From Octopus vulgaris (taxonomy: Eukaryota), in the NCBI GenBank assembly GCA_951406725.2, contig OX597815.1, forward strand, positions 119,226,001 through 119,290,000: 64,000 nt of DNA, given 5' to 3'. Below, piece by piece: positions 34,193 to 48,249 of the stretch. The position numbers and the translations under genes are program-made. The notes beneath the pieces were generated by a model, which had not been told where the DNA came from, made no database searches, and saw only the letters and a program-made list of their open reading frames with translations. Numbering within the stretch: position 1 is the stretch's first letter; each line of letters begins with the position of its first letter.

Positions 34193-36596
34193 CATAGAGG
34201 GGAATATTGAGAGAGAAAAAATACATGTAAGTTGTAACTGAAATTTCAAATTAGTTTAAAACTTCAACTTTTTATTTAAGTTTCAGTTTCATATTTTTCC
34301 TATATACAATTTTTGATTTGCAGAAACATTTCAATTTTATGAAATATAAACTTTAAACCTGAAAATAACTACAAAAAGGAGATTTAGTCTGAATCTCCAG
34401 CCTAGGTTAAATATTTCTTCAATTGTAGATTGGCAGTTTCCCACTTTCTTCGAATAAGCAATTTTTGTCTCTTCTTCTTAATCAAGTTACATCAACAAAT
34501 ACTTTCATCATCATCATTTAACATCCCTTTTTCCATGTTGGTATGAGTTGAACTGTTCAACAAGAACAGATGAGCCAGAGGGCTCTGCCTTGTTCTCTGT
34601 CTGCTTTTACTTGGTTTCTACAGCTGGATGCCTTTTCTAATGCCAACCACTTCACAGTGTGTACTGGATGCTTTTTACTTGGCATCAGCATCAATAAGGT
34701 TGTCAAGTACCCAGAAAATAAGACTCCTCAAGTGAGTGGAATATAGACTGGAGAAAGAAACTATTATAGAGGGAAAGGAGCCAGGTGTTTTGCTGATGAG
34801 GTAACTACATGGCTTGCCCATCTGGAAGTGAGAGAAAAAAACAGTAAGAGAGAGAGAAGAAAGAAAGAAACATAATCTAGACACAACTTTCTTATTTGAA
34901 ATTATGACAGTGGACAGAGAGTTAAGCTGAAAGTCATGTATGATGTATTATAATTCTTATAAAAGTACCGAACTACTCAATAACTCTACTTCAAGAATTT
35001 AGAACATTTAAACGATATAGAAAGGTCAAAAACGAAGAGCTTATTTTAGGTTGTTTTTATCCAATGCAAAGCAAGGATTAAGATTGGAGTTATGCTAAAA
35101 GTTACCAGAAGTGTTTAGTAATCCATAAAAGGATTCTTTCTCCATTTGTAATTATGCTCTGCATAGTGTACAAGTATATGTGAAATACAAATGCTGATAT
35201 GAGTGAAAGTGATAGATCATGCTAATAAATGGACATCAGATTGTAAAAACACTGAGCACAATATGAGAGGTTTCTTTTGATAGTATTAGCATTGATAATA
35301 AAGAAGTGTTGTGATCCGATGGTTGATCATAACTGGGAAAGGGTTGACCTAGGAATATATAAAATAAATAGATGCAAATGAAGGGACCTATTCAAATAAC
35401 TGAAGGAAATATAATACTGAAAATCCATTTAACTGAAGCCAATATAAAGGACAGACATAAAACCTAGCAATAAGGCTTGTATCACCAATGAAGTATTTCT
35501 TATTTCACATGTTAGTTTCTTAGTTTCTTGAGAATATTTCCATCTCTTAGAGACTCAAAGTCGACCAAGTGGCACATTTTCAGAACTTGATGTTTCTCCT
35601 TCTTCTGCCTACTGAGCTGGTTACAAGTGTTTATGGAATTTTTGCTGCAAGCTGTAAAATCTACATACCATATTGGAAGCATTTGTTTACTTTCAAGTAA
35701 ACAAATATGTATGTGTAAATCTAAACTATGGCTCTGCCAGAATTTTAAACAACCAATTACTACTTCAACTTAAATGACAAAGCTTTATTTACACACACAC
35801 GCAGACACACACACACACACTCACTCACACATATACAAACACACAAACATGTATTTATACTTATGCATGTATATAATTATTATTATTAATTACTTAATTA
35901 AATTTTGACACAATTTTGTACTAAAAGTTCGATTACAATGCATGTATAGAACAAAAAAAAACAAAAAAATTACAGAAATATTCACTACATTGAAAATGTT
36001 ATAATAAATCAATTTGTCATAAGATATTTGGAGAAAATATGTTTTAATTTGTTTTAAAATAGCACATAAGAGTTGGTGCTCTTTCCATGTTGGCATGGGT
36101 TGGACGGTTTGACTGAGGACTGGTGAACCAGAGGCTGCACCAGGCTCAATCTGATCTGGCAAAGTTTCTACAGCTGGATGCCCTTCCTAATGCCAACCAC
36201 TCCAAGAGTCTAGTGGTGACACCGGCACGAGGGCCAGTCAGGCAGATCTGGCAATGACCATGCTCCAAAGGTGTTTTTTATGTGCTACCTACACAGGAGC
36301 CAGTCCAGCGGCACTGACAACAACCATGCTCGAATGTTGTTTTTCACATGCCACCGGCACATGTGCAGGTAAGGCAATGCTGGCAACTATCACGCTCAAG
36401 TGGTGCTTTTCATGTGCCACCAGCATGGGAGCCAATCCATGGCCCTGGCAATGATCAACATCAGATGTGCTATTAATGTTCCACTGGCATGAGTGCCAAT
36501 CAGGCAGTACTGTCATCGGCTGCGTCAGTGATTTTGATTTGTTATATATATATATATCTATGCATACACACACACATGCACAAACATGTATACATG

Positions 36597-36895
36597 ATTT
36601 AGTGGTTAGGATATTTGATTCATAATTGTAAGATCATGAGTTCAATACCCAATGGTGTGTTGTTTCCCTCAGCAAGACACTTCATTTCATGTTGCTCCAG
36701 TCCACTCTGCTAGCAAAAATTATTAGTGCCTATATTTCAAAAGGCCAGGCTTGTCACATTCTATGTCACACTAGATCTCCTCGAGAACTACATTAAGTAT
36801 ACATGTGTCTGTGTAGTGCTCAGCCAGTTGCATGTTAATTCCATGAACTGGCTATTCCTTTGATTGGATCAACTGGAACCCTAGTCATTGTAACC
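36597..36895 (+). mobile_element. tRNA-headed SINE with CORE/Nin-like central domain
   Basis: TAGTGGTTAGG..GAGTTCAATACC head, CAAGACACTT..GTTGCTCCAGTCCACTC; copies at ~21585-21770 (+), ~39665-40090 (-) and ~42240-42545 (-). Confidence 0.75.
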
Positions 36896-37160
36896 AGGTA
36901 GCTGTAGTGGATGGTTATCACTTGTCAGCAATATAGACCTGAGTGCTTTTATGCACCACAAGCACATATGAGAGCTCCATTCGTGGTAAATAATTCAGTA
37001 TTCCTCTTTTAGGGGAAGATAAATATTACCTTTTGGTATTGATACTGCTTCTGTTGCTATTTATTATATATTTAGATTTCTGAGAGGAAGTACTTCATGA
37101 ATGATAAATGTTCACACACTTTACAGATGTTAAGTTTGTTATGCATAATATATATGTATT

Positions 37161-37203
<43 letters not shown>

Positions 37204-38199
37204 ATGCATGCATGTATTTGTGTATACTTGTATATCTATTAATTTATATATATATATATCTGTTAAACACAATCCTGATGTCCGTATAGAAAATTTGATG
37301 CTTACTATAATTATCTTTCATTCAATTCATTGTTTTGCCTTTCTAAAACTATAATTAATGATGAAAATTATATTTAAATTAAGTAATCTATTTGATCCAA
37401 ATATTTTTAACTGAAATAATTGTACTCTATTAATATATTAATATATAAACACATTACATATAATATCACACTATAATTCAGATTTTAAAATATATTTTTC
37501 CTAATTTAATATTAAAGTGTAATAAACTCTATATACTGTTAATATAGATACATGCATACTTATATATGAATATGTAGATATACATATATATACATACACA
37601 TATATCTATACACAAATATAAATGCATACATACATGCATACATATATTTACACACACACACACAAATATATATATAGATAGATAGATAGATAGATAGACA
37701 AATTGTGCTTAACAGATGCATACAATTAGTCTATACACAATTATGCATATATATATATATTTATGCTTATGCATGTGTGTGTGTGTATCTATCTATCTAT
37801 CTGTCTATCTATATGTGTGTGTGTGTGTGTGTGTGAGTGTGTAAACACACATGTATAAATATGTATATAAACACACATATATATAGATACATAGAAATGC
37901 ATAAATGTATTTGGATGTAAGTATATATGTGCATGCATAAGCACCATTTGAGCGTGGCCATTGCCAGTGCCACCTGACTGGCCCTCGTGCCGGTGGCATG
38001 TAGAAGCACCCACTACACTCTCAGAGTGGTTGGCATTAGGAAGGGCATCCAGCTGTAGAAACTTTGCCAGATCAGACTGGAGCCTGGTGCAGCCATCTGG
38101 TTCGCCAGACCTCAGTCAAATCGTCCAACCCATGCTAGCATGGAAAGCGGACATTAAACGATGATGATGTGTGTATATGTATAGTTATATGTATGTATG

Positions 38200-38245
<46 letters not shown>

Positions 38246-38600
38246 CATATACATACGCACATATGTATACACACACATATATGTATGTGTGTGTGTGTAT
38301 GTGTTTCTATAATTTTCAAGATTGAATAGAATATATATATATATATATTTATAGAGCTTAGTCATGATTTCTCAGTATCTGTACATTTGGTTCTAGCATT
38401 CAGATTTCATAATTTATTAGAAATATTTAGTTCAGTATCTTTGAAACAATCTTCGCAACTCTTGTGAAAATAAATCATGACTCAAATCTATGGGAAAAAG
38501 TAATATTTGCGAATTATTGATCTTTTAAGAAAAATTTAACTGAATCTAACCATTTGTCATTTTACACAAACTGAACGTTAACTGAGCTTACGCATCCATA

Positions 38601-38614
38601 ATATCCATGGCAAC
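38601..38614. promoter_or_regulatory. Imperfect RFX X-box in a repeat-free stretch; possible promoter
   Basis: ATATCCATGGCAAC (perfect ATGGCAAC half-site) in unique, relatively CpG-containing DNA; weak donor AAG|GTAGTT near 39147. Confidence 0.25.
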
Positions 38615-39201
38615 CAACACGGTACAATTTAACTAGCTGAACTATACCTAGCATTTATAATGCATTAGTTGTGTACGCAGAATGTTCACCTACTCTCAGT
38701 AGTTTGTAACGCACTACCAACCCACCTGAATGCTTGAAATCCTGAGTTCAAACCGTCTTAACATTAATTTAGAAGCTTTGTATTTTGTAGACAAAACATA
38801 AAGATATTTTTGTTAGTTAATTATGGAATGTATTTTGTTTTTTCATTGCAAAGCGACATTTTCTGTAATGTTTTCTGATTAAGCTATTTAGATAATAACT
38901 AAAACTTTTTGGTTTATTATTGAAGTGATTAGTTTATTAAAATAAAAAAAAACCTGTCCATTCAATCACTAAGTAGTTTAGATAATAACAAAAACAACAA
39001 TCATCATCATCATCAACATCGTTATTATTAAACTGTTAGATTTATTACCAAACTTTACACTTCATTTAACTTTTATTTCATAATTAATCTGTTCACCTTA
39101 CTGATAATCTACTCTGTTAGTATGCTGTTTGTTGAGTTTTCGTAAAGGTAGTTTGGGTACTCATGTGTTCTGAGATTATCTGTTTATGTATTGCTCTTCC
39201 T

Positions 39202-39268
<67 letters not shown>

Positions 39269-40395
39269 CCTCTCTCATTCTTAAAATATACACATTGGTA
39301 ATTAAGCAAAAAGTGAATTATAAAACTATTCTAATTAATATACGAGTGTATTAGAAGGCAAAAAATTAACTGCAAATTAAGCTGTCATGTTTATATACAT
39401 CATCATCATCATCATCATCATTTAATGTCCGTTTTCCATGCTAATATATATATATATATCTATATATATATTAGCATGGAAAACGGACACAATACATGCA
39501 CAGTAATTCACCTACACACACATACATATATGTATATTTATTCTTTACTTTTTGTATTGGGTTCTGTATTTGTATTACATAATTTTAAATCCCCCCTTTA
39601 AAATATACCCTTACATGTTAAACATTGGCAAGTTTACTATGTATGCATTGGTCTGCTCACCTAAGCCAGTGGGGTGGCATCATTCATTAAAAAAACTACA
39701 GCACTGCAAAGCACATTGTGACTAGCAATGTATAACAACTTCTGATAGTCTGGTTGATCATTCATATGGCCTGGCTTTCCATCGGTTACAATGATGAGTG
39801 TTCAAGTTGATTTGATCAACAGGACAACTTATTTGTGAAATTAGCGTGCAAGGGGTTGAGCATACTGCAGACATGTACTCTTAGTTTAGATCTCAGTGAG
39901 ATTCATCATGACACAGAGTGTGACAAGGCTGGTCCTTTGAAATACAAGTACTAATCATATTTGCCAGCTGAGTGGACTGGGGCAACGTGAAATAAAGCGT
40001 CTTGTTTAAGGACACAATGCGTTGCCAAGAAATGAACTCATGATCTTACAATTGTGAATGGAACAACCTAACCACTAAGTTACATGCCTTCGTATGCATA
40101 TATGTACATACATACAAATGTACATATGTACATGCGTACATACATACACAAATATGTATGCATCATCATCATTAACATTTAACATGTTTTCCTTCCTGGT
40201 ATGGGTTGGATGGCTTGACAAGAACTGGCAAGGCCAGGGGCCATATCAGGTTCCATAGTCTGTTTTGGCTTGGGTTTTACAGCTGGATACCCTTCTTTAT
40301 GCCAACCACTTTACAAAGTGTTCTGGGTGCTTTTTACATGACACCATCACCATATGTATGTTATCAGTTAGTTGTCCTTAAGTGAGAAAAAAGTA

Positions 40396-41234
40396 CCGTA
40401 AATCCTCGAGTATAATCTGCATTTCTCCCCAAAATTTAAAGGTCAAAATCCCTAGTGCGTACTATATACAAGTTTAAAAATGAAAAATATTTTCTAAGCA
40501 ATGTCCGAGTCTCTATTTGCTGTCCGGTAATGTTTATTCAGATGCATTTTGTGATGTCGGGTGTGGAAATACCTTAAGCTAAGCCTGAAAGCAATGAAGT
40601 AATAAAGGGATCATCCATAACTTGCAGTAAGCAACATTTATTAAAATAAAAGTATTCAGAACACAGAAAAACATGTAACAAAAACAATTTGCAAGCATAT
40701 TTACATTCCCATATAACAGTTAAGAACATCACCATTATTGTATTACACATGCATGGAAGTGTTTGTTCGACTAGGCGCTGCTGGCTTAATTACGCACAAT
40801 GATGGAGATCTACACTACAATGATGATGACATGTTTACTGAGCAACCAATGGAACAGTTATTTGATGCTGAAAGTGACGTTGAATTTGAAGGATTTGAAT
40901 AAATGTTTTTGCTTTTGCAACTGATAGTGATAAATATGTAAAGGCAATTTACTTAATATTTATTTTTCACTGGCGTTATTACTGTTATTTCTTTATTTTC
41001 TGAAAACAAAATGCACAAAAAAGCTACATGTTTGCATTATGTTATATATACAATAATAATAAAGGACGTTACCATATACATTTTTACAAACCAAGGATGT
41101 TATATAGACTTCCTTGACTCAAGTTAGAGAAGGAGTGCGTATTATACACAAGACTTAGGTTTTTCAGATGTATAGCCCCCTAAAAATCGCCTGCGTATTA
41201 TATTCAAGGGTGGACTATATTGGAGGATTTACGG
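40396..41234 (+). mobile_element. Tc2/pogo-type non-autonomous DNA transposon
   Basis: TA|CCGTAAATCCTCGAGTATA ... TATATTGGAGGATTTACGG|TA; retains the transposase C-terminus MEQLFDAESDVEFEGFE* (~40849-40902). Confidence 0.88.
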
Positions 41235-41617
41235 TATACTCATAAGAAATAGAAATATAGTGCTTATATCTTTATATCATTGAGAAATATATTACTGGTT
41301 ATGGTATATGACTGATTAGTATGTTACCATTGATTTCATGCTGACTATTGCAATTAGCAGAATCAGCAATTGTTAGATATGCTGGCCATCAATATTGCCA
41401 AGCGCAATAGTTGGCACAGAACCAATGATTGCATATGATTGCAACCCATATATTTTACCCATTTTTCATTCACACTGGCCAGATTTGGCTTCTCACACCC
41501 ATGCTACAATGTCATTTTAAATGTGATTGCATTCCAACAAGTTATACGTCAGAACCAGTAATATACTGTACAACAGTATAAATGTGTGTGTTGTGTGTGT
41601 GGAATATATATATATCT

Positions 41618-42003
41618 TTTTCTCTTTTTACTTGTTTCAGTCATTTGACTGCGGCCATGCTGCAGCACCGCCTTTAGTCGAGCAAATCAACCCCGAGACT
41701 TATTCTTTGTAAGCCTAGTACTTATTCTATCGGTCTCTTTTGCCGAGCTGCTAAGTGACAGGGACCTAAACACACCAGCATCGGTTGTCAAGCAATGCTA
41801 GAGGGACAAACACAGACACACAAACATATACACACACATACATATATATATACATATATACGACAGGCTCCTTTCAGTTTCCGTCTACCAAATCCACTCA
41901 CAAGGCTTTGGTCGGCCCGAGGCTATAGCAGAAGACACTTGCCCAAGATGCCACACAGTGAGACTGAACCCGGAACCATGTGGTTGGTTAGCAAGCTACT
42001 TAC
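41618..42003 (-). mobile_element. tRNA-headed SINE (family of 11534-11908), followed by an inverted tail fragment to ~42051
   Basis: Reverse complement of the full body; 42010-42051 is the + strand tail AAATGACTGAAACAAGTAAAAGAATAAAAG. Confidence 0.85.
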
Positions 42004-43294
42004 TTAGCAAGCTGCAGTTAAATGACTGAAACAAGTAAAAGAATAAAAGAATATAGAACTTTTTTTTTAAGTTATGTCTTCTAGAATCCCCAACTTTTGA
42101 TTTGCAAAACTGATGAAATCAGTTGGTTAAATGATATTCCATTAGGTAGCCTACCTGATGATCCATATAACTCAATGTAAATGCAAGAAGACTTGTTCCA
42201 TACACTTTAACATTGGTTAAGTTTTGTTGTATACTATATTGGCACTCTGTTGGTTATAATGATTCAGGTTCCAGTTTATCTGATCAATGGAACAGCCAGC
42301 TTGTGAAATTAATGTACAGGTGGATGAGACGTGTACTCTTAACATAGTTCTCAGAGAGATTCGGCGTAACACAGGATGTGACAAAGCTAGCTTTTTGAAG
42401 TACAGGTATAAACTCATGTTTCCCAGCTGATTGAACTGGAGTGACATGAAATAAAGTGTCTTGCTCAAGGACACAACACCATTGGGAATTGAACTCATGA
42501 CCTTATGATCGTTAGCTGAATACCCTTAGTCACTAAGCCATGTGCTTTCTGTTGTATACTTCTCCTATAAATAAAACTAGCATGAAGAATCTCGATCCAG
42601 TTTAATCACTTTCGCTTTTAGATCAGATGTTGTTTCTTAAACTGGAACCTCAGCATATTATTTCAGTAATTTAAAACTTCTCAATATGTATAGCAGTAAA
42701 ATTATCTCAAACCAAACACCAATCTCTGATTAACAGATGAACCCAAACCATGACTGATAACTTTGATAATGTTCATTTTTTTTTTTTCTTTTGTAATATT
42801 TTCAATATATCACATTTTGGAATATCATAAGAACAAACAGAGCTGAACCAAATACTTCACATTGTTTATACACAGCCTTCAGTCCTTTAATAAGTATTAT
42901 ATTTTTAGTTTCTAACTTAGTAACCTCTGACACAGCATGTATGCATGCATACATGCATTCATACAAATAAAGATAGAACCTTGTATCTTGGTTGGAAACC
43001 GGCTTCCTCCTCAGTGGAAAATTTATAATGATTAAAAAATAGAAGTGATACATGCATGCATGCATCCATCCATCCATCCATCCATACATCCATACATATA
43101 TACATACATTCATTCGTTCATTCATTCATTCATTCATTCATTCATTCCGAATGTGAATTTGTCTGTGTTAAGTACATCCCAAAGATGGAGCCTTGTATCT
43201 TTATTGGAAACTGGCTCCCTCCTCAGTGGAAGATTTATAATAATTAAAAAACAGAAGAGACAAGCATACAAACATACATACATACATGCATACA

Positions 43295-43325
<31 letters not shown>

Positions 43326-43450
43326 GCGTATATGTGTGTGTATGATTAAATCAGGAGATCAATGTTAAATATATTAATATCAGATGTAGAATAGTAAGTT
43401 TTTAAAAATAGAAATATTAATATTTCTAAGTCTCTCTAAAGGTACTGGAT

Positions 43451-43793
43451 ATTAATAGTTATCGCCAAGCTAATATGGCAGTCCAGAAATATAGGATGAA
43501 TGCTGCCGTCAATTAGCTCCAAGATGCCATCACCTCTAGCTAGCTATGTGACACACAAACCTGTGTCCATTATAACCTTTAAACAGGGGAGGTCAACCGC
43601 TTCCCCTGAAACTAGTCTGCAGATGCCTGACCAGCAAGGGGAAGCAGCTGACCTCCCCTGTTCGAAGGTTATGATGGACACAGGTTCATGTGTCACATAG
43701 CTAGCTAGAGGTGATGGCCTCTTGGAGCTAATCGATGGCAGCATTTGTCCTATATTTCTGGACTGCCGTATTAGCTTGGCAATAACTATTAAT
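43451..43793. mobile_element. Foldback/palindromic MITE (~157-bp arms, ~29-bp spacer)
   Basis: ATTAATAGTTATCGCCAAGC... and ...GCTTGGCAATAACTATTAAT; the near-identical ORFs 43500..43700 (+) and 43544..43744 (-) reflect the palindrome. Confidence 0.9.
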
Positions 43794-44043
43794 TGTAAGT
43801 TTTTATTTTATATTAAATATTTTATGAACATTACTATGATGTCAGAATGGTACCTTACTATAATAACAAAATGTGTATCTGGCTTTTCTGAATAGTCAAT
43901 TGTTTAAATTATAATTCTGTGTTAGTTGTAAAGATTTCCTGTACTTTGTAGATATTTTCATTCTCACATGTTCAGTTGCATCTTTTCTAGTTCAGTTGTG
44001 TGTGTGTGTGTCCTTAAAAGTGATTTTGGTTTGACCAGTTTAA

Positions 44044-45100
44044 CCCTTTCGTTACTATATTTCTGACCAAAATACACCCCTTATGTGTTTCAATTAATTT
44101 CTAACATAATCATAAATTTAGTCTGGTTTCATTAAACTTTTTTATTTATCAATATATTAACGTGAATTTTGGAAGATAATTTAATGAAATGTTCTCAACC
44201 AATTCTATATTATAATTTTTGTCACAAAGTGACTCTAATTGCAGGTAGATACAGGTAAATTCAACAAAATATAAAATTATTAAAATTTTGTTCAAACATC
44301 GCTATAGAAAATGGGTTATTAGCTAATATTTAATTGGGTATACAACAAAATTTTACGATAGAATTTGTTATTTTGGGTAACTTTCTGATACCCATAATAA
44401 TATTTATGGCAAAATAGTCTTAATTTCATTTAAGGTTATGGGAAACCACTAAATATCCTTTCTTTCGCTTTGTTTACGTTTAGCGTAATGGTTCGTTTCC
44501 GCCGTAATGATTTCAAATAAGCTCATTCGAAAAAGTAAAAAGAAATAGTCTAAGGCTTTACTCTTCTGGGAAAGTCTGTGGCTTGGTCCAGTTTCTTCAG
44601 AAAAATCACCGAAAGAAACAGTTTTTAAATTTTCACTCCATTCAGGTGCCAATTCATTTTCTTTATCGCTATCAGAGCTCTCGGATTCACTGTTTTCACT
44701 TTCAGAAAATGAAACATCAGATTCATTATCAAATACCACATGCTTTTTTTTTTCAGTCATAGAGTTAGATTTATGAAGGTCTTCAGTAGAAAATCCTTCA
44801 AATTCTGACTCGCTGCTTGATATAATGAAATTCGTATCCATTTTTTGTCAGAATTACAAATTTTGAAAACACAATAGGAACAAATTTCGGAAAAAAATCT
44901 CCCAAAATTCACAGAATTAAAATTACACTTCGATTTTTGTACAAAACTGTAGTTGAACTCTTTACGAAGTATAATACGTATTTTCACGAATGTACTAAAG
45001 AGATTTGCTCTGATATTCTCATTTAAATATGAATAGGTAAATTCGGGTGGTTTGGTCACATTAACCAAAATTTTTTTCGGGCGGTTTGGTAACGAAAGGG
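44044..45100 (-). mobile_element. Internally deleted piggyBac transposon
   Basis: TTAA|CCCTTTCGTTAC ... GTAACGAAAGGG|TTAA; ORF 44449-44841 is a transposase N-terminus (FSEETGPS..ALDYFFLLF...FEIITAETNHYA). Confidence 0.92.
44449..44841 (-). pseudogene. Truncated piggyBac (PGBD4-like) transposase N-terminus, 130 aa
   Basis: Acidic/Ser-rich N-terminus plus the start of the conserved piggyBac domain; no catalytic core. Confidence 0.85.
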
Positions 45101-45263
45101 TTAAGATGAATTATCCCTTGGGGAGATCTTGATTGATTTAGTTAAGTTTAGCTGTACTCTAGTAGACATATGGAATTTTTAATATATAATACTTGTACTT
45201 TATACTGTGTTGTTCTGTTTTAAATTTGTGCCATCGACTTAAACAAGAACTCTGATAGTTTAA

Positions 45264-45440
45264 CCCTTTAGCATTTAAACTAGCCATAACCAGCCCATAT
45301 ATTTGACCCATTTTTCATTTAAACTGGCCAGATTTGGTCTCTCACACCATCAAAATCTTGAAGCTATGAGATAGTGCATGATAAATTCAAAACAATGTGA
45401 ATAAATAATTAATACATATGATAATCTGAACACTAAATGT
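45264..45440 (+). mobile_element. piggyBac-like MITE (TTAA/CCCTTT family)
   Basis: TTAA|CCCTTTAGCATTTAAAC; homologous to 58477-58695 and 60602-60812. Confidence 0.7.
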
Positions 45441-45446
45441 TTCAAT

Positions 45447-45886
45447 CAGTAGTTCTCGATGTTTTGTAGGTCAGTGACCCTTTCATTATACAAAAACCCT
45501 GTCCACATGATTTGTTAACTAGGAAAAAACAAACAGCAAATTATTTTCATGAAACAGAAGCTAATTTTGTTTAAGGGTTTATTATTCATATTTCCTTCTA
45601 TTATCCCATCCCAATATGTGCCTCTTTGTTTGGACTAGTGCCTTCTATGTTAAATTCTTATAAAAATTACTAAAGAAATTATATTGGATCTTAGAGCATC
45701 ATCAGTCATGTTTCTTACAACAATGATTTTTTGAAAATGTGTTAAAAATATATGCATTGTACTTTCAGTATTTTAGAAAAATCTTGACCTTATTCTAAAC
45801 ACCTATCACTCCCTTGACATTTACCAAACCCTTGTGAATTCACAATACCTCTAAGGGAGTAGTACTGCTCAGGTTAAAAACAACTG
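45447..45886. mobile_element. hAT (Charlie-like) MITE
   Basis: Ends CAGTAGTTCTC and TAAAAACAACTG; imperfect 8-bp TSD GTTTCAAT/GTTTAGAT. Confidence 0.5.
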
Positions 45887-46645
45887 GTTTAGATAAATAC
45901 ACTAAATGCCTATTTATACTACAAAATAAAGTCATTGTAGATCTGTTCCTTTGTTTTATTCTAAATGAATAATGCAAAAATGTATGTCAATATTTCAGTT
46001 TATATCTTGAACATTATTGCAGCTTTGTGTCAGAGATGAGGGAATAGCATTCAAATGTTCAAAATTAAAATTATAAATATTCTGATAGTTTTGTATTTTG
46101 AATGTTGCAATATAGTCCTCTGATATTTAACTCTTTTTTGTTGATTACAAAACCCTCTTATAATGATATATATCTTATACCAAGAGGTTAATGCAATCGT
46201 TGTAAAAACTAGTTTTGCATTTAATATCAAATATGAAATGTAATTTAGTAGTTTCATATGATACATTTTACACAATTCTATTTCTTAAAATTAAGCTCTT
46301 GTATAATTTGAACCAAATGAAACATTTATGGAAGTACAGTATATATCTAATATTGACTATAAGATAGCCCTCTAGCTAACCCTTTCGTTACCGTATTTTT
46401 GTTCAAATACAGTCTTTGTTTCCATTAATGTTTTAAAACAATGAAGAATTTAATGAAATATTATCGTCATTAAGCTAACATGAAATTTTTATGGAATATT
46501 TTAATTTAGATTATTTTAGAACCAGAGATTTATAGCATAGAATTAAGAGTGGTCTGGGACAAGTTAGAATGTTTATATTACTTTTCCAGAGTGGGCAAGA
46601 GTTCAATCCCAGCATTAAACAAATATATTTTGTAGTTCAAGCAAA

Positions 46646-46665
46646 ATGAGCAAGCTACATCGCAG
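46646..46665 (+). CDS. Candidate first coding exon (exon 46590-46665) of an unknown host gene: MSKLHR(R)
   Basis: Acceptor TTACTTTTCCAG, AAAATGA start context, strong donor CAG|GTAAGA; in frame with the two downstream candidate exons. Confidence 0.35.
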
Positions 46666-48249
46666 GTAAGAGAATAAGTAAAGGAGAATATCTCTGATTT
46701 GGGTAATGGAATTAGAACAATATGTCTTCATAGATTTAAGAGTTGTTTTAGAAATCCTAAGAACATTACTGAATATGATAGGCATCTAAAGAAAACCACA
46801 GAACTTGATGATCAAAACATTGTAACTAAAACAACCAAATGAAAACACTAGTCTAAACATGTCTGTGGATAATAAAATATCCTTCATTCAAGACTGTTTT
46901 GACTGGTTTATATATTCTAACATCTGGCCATGTGGTTAAGAAGCCTGCTTCCTAACCATGTTCAATACCCCGTGCAAGAACTGGGTTTCTGCTACAGCCC
47001 TGGAATGACCAAAGCTTTGTGAGTGGATTTGGAGGACAGAAACTGAAAAAAGTTTGTCAATACATGTGTGTGTGGATCTGTGTGCTTTAATTCATCATAG
47101 ATTGAGCCAGTATTGTGTGAGTGTCCTATTTCTTAACAGCATACACAATAAACGCAACTCACCACATTTCACATCAATTACTGACCACACAGATGACCTT
47201 CATGATAAAACAAACACTGTTCAAAATGAAAGACCACCTGGACATGCAAGGTGGAAACCCATGGCTTTGTGGTTAGGATATTGGACTCATGATCATAAAG
47301 TTGTGGTTTCGATTCCTGGGCTGAGCAATGCATTGCTTCTTGATCAAAACATTGCTATGGCATATGCACTTGTCCAAGATACCTTGCTGTTGCAAAACAA
47401 ACTTCTTAACCACACAGTTATACCACTATATGCATATACACGACTGTACACATTTATGATACCCTAATTCCACTATCCCTCCTATTCAGTTGAGATAAAG
47501 AAAAATAAACACACAAAAACAGCAGTTTGCAAAAGCAATGTTCTTGGATTTCTACACTGCATGTCAGAAAGTATACTTTCTCCTACAATATAGAAACTTG
47601 GAATATCTTGGACAGTAGACCCACACACCACAGATATTCTAGATTTGGTCTTACTTAGGCTGAACACCAACCCATCACAACCTATCACCCAATTCCACTC
47701 TCCTAGGAAATAATTTACTTAGAACTCACAAAAAAGATAGCAATGATAAAAATATTAGGAATCTATTTTAAAATCTCATATACTTTCTGATTAATGATAA
47801 TTATTATCAATAATCTCTTCTACTATAGGCACAAGGCCTGAAATTTTGAGGAAGGACCAAAGTCGATTGACCTTAGAACTTATTTTATCAACCCTGAAAG
47901 GATGAAAGACAAAGTCAACTACAATGTAATTTGAACTTAGAACGTAAAGACAGACAAAATGCCATTAAATATTTTGTCTGGCATGCTAACAATTCTGCCA
48001 GCTCACCACATTATTTATCACTAATAATAATATTAATTTTATACTTTATTACTGGAACATTGTCAGCAAAATTCATTTTTCAGCTTCAAAATCATCTCAT
48101 TATAACTTTACTTTCTATATTCTTTTCCTGTATATATCCTAATCATTTTCAGTTGCTTCTGTTAGTGACTCAGTCTTTAGTCTCTTTAGTAGAAAATTCT
48201 GAAATAATCACATGAACTTTCTTCTCAAACCAAGCTAGCTAACTTCTGC

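Noticed and set aside
43500-43744. Pair of near-identical 66-aa ORFs on opposite strands
   Set aside because: A by-product of the palindrome; no coding evidence.
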